From Bispira polyomma (Eukaryota), in the NCBI GenBank assembly GCA_965649765.1, contig OZ287749.1, forward strand, positions 6,882,001 to 6,946,000: a stretch of DNA of 64,000 nt. The letters are read 5' to 3'. The position numbers and the translations under genes are program-made. How positions within the stretch are numbered: position 1 is the first letter of the stretch; each line of letters opens with the position of its first letter. Of the stretch, positions 61,765 through 64,000 are shown piece by piece. The notes beneath the pieces are model-generated. The model was not told the origin of the DNA. It searched no databases and saw only the letters and a program-made list of their open reading frames with translations.

Positions 61765-63819
61765 ATGACAGCCCAGTCTCCAGTGTGTAACAAATCATTT
61801 GCAAAAGTGGCAGATGTAACTAAGCATGTGGGGACACATAATGATGAAAAACCCTATGTGTGTAAAATATGCGATCGAGCATTCTCATTTAGCAGTAATT
61901 GCAGCAGACATATGAAAACCCACACCGGAGTGAAGCCCTATAAATGTACAGTGTGTGAGAGGTCATTCGGGGAAGCCACTACACTTAGAAATCACACGTT
62001 AACACACAATGAGAAGAAGGAGATTCACAAGTGTCAAATATGTGAGAAATCATATACAAGGAAAGAAGGACTCCGAGAGCATTTAAACATTCATCTTACA
62101 ACAACTCCATATGTTTGCTCCGTTTGTGACAAATCTTTTCATTCGCCAAGGGGCTTGAGCCGACACAAATTAACTCATCAAAAAGATACACGCTATACGT
62201 GTTGCCTATGCAACAAGGCATTTTTTCAAAAGATTCACCTGCAGAATCATATGGTACTTCACAGTGGCAAGAAGGAATACAGTTGTGACCAGTGTGATAA
62301 ATCATTTGCGTTCCGTGGTTCTCTGAAGAAACACTCTGTTATCCACACTGGAGAAAAACCATATAAGTGTTCATTGTGTGATAAATCATTTCCACTTCCC
62401 AACAGTCGTAGAATGCACATGTTCACCCACACTGGTGAAAAGCCTCACAGATGTTCAGTTTGTGACAAATCATTTTCACAGAGAACTTTCCTAAAGAACC
62501 ACATGTTGACTCACACGGGTGAGAAATCCTTCCATTGCACCATATGTAACAAGTTATTCAGCAAATCTTCAAACCTTAGAAAGCATGTAGTTACCCATTC
62601 AGGGGTGAGATCACACAAGTGCAGTAAATGTGACAAATCTTTCTATCATGGCAGCATCTTAAAAAGCCACCTCAAGACGCACACTGATGAAAGGCCATTT
62701 ACATGTGTAGTATGCAAAAAGTCCTTCGCTAGATTAGGCCACCTTAAGACGCATATGGCGGCGCATACAAAGGAAAAGCCACACATTTGTGAAGTTTGCA
62801 ACAAGTCATTTTCTCTGTCTGAAAGACTGGCTCAACACATGAGAATACATCGTGAAAAAGTGAAACCTCATAAATGTACATTATGTGCTAAATCATACGA
62901 GAAAAAATTTGATTTAAAACGCCACGAGTTAACTCATGAAGGCGCAAGACCATATTGCTGCACACTGTGTGATAAATCATTTGTTATGTCAACAATACTC
63001 AACCACCACATGAAGACGCACACCGGACAAAAGCCCCATAAATGTACAATGTGTGATAAAGCATATACAAGGAAGTCACATTTGAATCAGCATATTAAAA
63101 CTCATACAGGAGAAAAGCCTTTTCAATGCACATTCTGCGACAAATCCTTTTTGTATCACAACTCATTGAAAACGCACATCTACACTCACACTGGTGAAAG
63201 ACCGTATTCATGCACTGTGTGTGAGAAATCATATACAGATTCAGGATCCTTGAGAAGTCACATGTTTACACATTCTAGAGAGAAGCCCTATTCGTGTAGT
63301 CTCTGTGAAAAGGCATTTCCATTCCGCCAAAATTTAAGAGAACACATACTTACCCATCATACAGATGAGAAGCCATTCAAGTGTTCTGTGTGTGACAAGG
63401 TATTTACAAGTAACAGTAAATTAAAACAGCATGAACGAACTCATGATCCTGAAAACTACCCTTACAAATGTACCTTTTGCGACAAATCATTTCTGTACCC
63501 AAAGTCTATTGAAAGTCATTTGTACACTCACACAGGAGAGCGACCCTACAGTTGTGAGTTATGTGACAAGGGATATACTCACCCAGGTTCACTAAAAAAG
63601 CACATGCTAAGGCATAAAGGGAAAAGATACAAGTGTGCCGTGTGCGACAAATCATTTTTGACTACGACGTCGCTGGATGACCATATGGCTGTTCACCAGG
63701 AATTACCCAAACTGGATGTGTGTAACAAAGTATCTTTACCTATAAAAGAGGAGGAAAAGGAGGAAGAGGAGGGGAAACCAGTTCAACTGAAAATCACCAA
63801 TGTTATGAGCGTGACTTAA
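61765..63819 (+). CDS. Poly-C2H2 zinc finger protein B (684 aa; 22 intact fingers + degenerate finger 1), tandem paralog of A
   Basis: Finger-for-finger collinear with A; first Cys lost (SPVC); 5'UTR acceptor TTTTACAG at ~61566. Confidence 0.95.
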   Translation: MTAQSPVCNKSFAKVADVTKHVGTHNDEKPYVCKICDRAFSFSSNCSRHMKTHTGVKPYKCTVCERSFGEATTLRNHTLTHNEKKEIHKCQICEKSYTRKEGLREHLNIHLTTTPYVCSVCDKSFHSPRGLSRHKLTHQKDTRYTCCLCNKAFFQKIHLQNHMVLHSGKKEYSCDQCDKSFAFRGSLKKHSVIHTGEKPYKCSLCDKSFPLPNSRRMHMFTHTGEKPHRCSVCDKSFSQRTFLKNHMLTHTGEKSFHCTICNKLFSKSSNLRKHVVTHSGVRSHKCSKCDKSFYHGSILKSHLKTHTDERPFTCVVCKKSFARLGHLKTHMAAHTKEKPHICEVCNKSFSLSERLAQHMRIHREKVKPHKCTLCAKSYEKKFDLKRHELTHEGARPYCCTLCDKSFVMSTILNHHMKTHTGQKPHKCTMCDKAYTRKSHLNQHIKTHTGEKPFQCTFCDKSFLYHNSLKTHIYTHTGERPYSCTVCEKSYTDSGSLRSHMFTHSREKPYSCSLCEKAFPFRQNLREHILTHHTDEKPFKCSVCDKVFTSNSKLKQHERTHDPENYPYKCTFCDKSFLYPKSIESHLYTHTGERPYSCELCDKGYTHPGSLKKHMLRHKGKRYKCAVCDKSFLTTTSLDDHMAVHQELPKLDVCNKVSLPIKEEEKEEEEGKPVQLKITNVMSVT

Positions 63820-64000
63820 CTTGGGTCAGTTTTTTCGGACTTTTAATTATTTAAGAAAATCTCGTTTACCCAAACTGGTGCAGGAGGTATTACCAGAAGA
63901 GCCAGGGGTCGTCTTCACGAAGGGTCTTAGCCAAGTCTTAAATCTAGCTCAAAAGTATACTGGGTCCGTATTCACTAACGGTCTTAAGCCAAAACTTAGG

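Overview
AT-rich, intron-containing animal genomic DNA; the SINE/MITE types suggest a lophotrochozoan such as a mollusc (inference). 1-9.7 kb: two diverged tyrosine-recombinase (YR) retrotransposons of the Ngaro/DIRS class, one inserted antisense inside the other at a duplicated TTATAAT. 9.7-16.7 kb: an L2/CR1 fragment and a full-length but frameshifted BEL/Pao LTR element (CTGAG TSD). 19.4-43.4 kb: a 17-coding-exon SLC5 Na+/solute symporter gene (625 aa, SLC5A8/5A6/5A12-like). Its intron 13 holds a dead Harbinger transposase and an intact same-strand nested PHF24-like gene (PHD + EF-hands). 43-56 kb: MITEs, a 1.6-kb foldback enclosing a promoter-like spacer, and decayed MULE transposases. 56.9-63.8 kb: two tandem 23-finger C2H2 genes with mosaic divergence. 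The most notable signals are in the YR elements: a conserved phase-1 splice acceptor ending 6 nt after the RT/RH stop, predicting a spliced Gag(N)-YR fusion; att-like ends with no terminal repeats; and an in-frame gag-TAG-ORF2 junction. All alignments and counts were done by eye.
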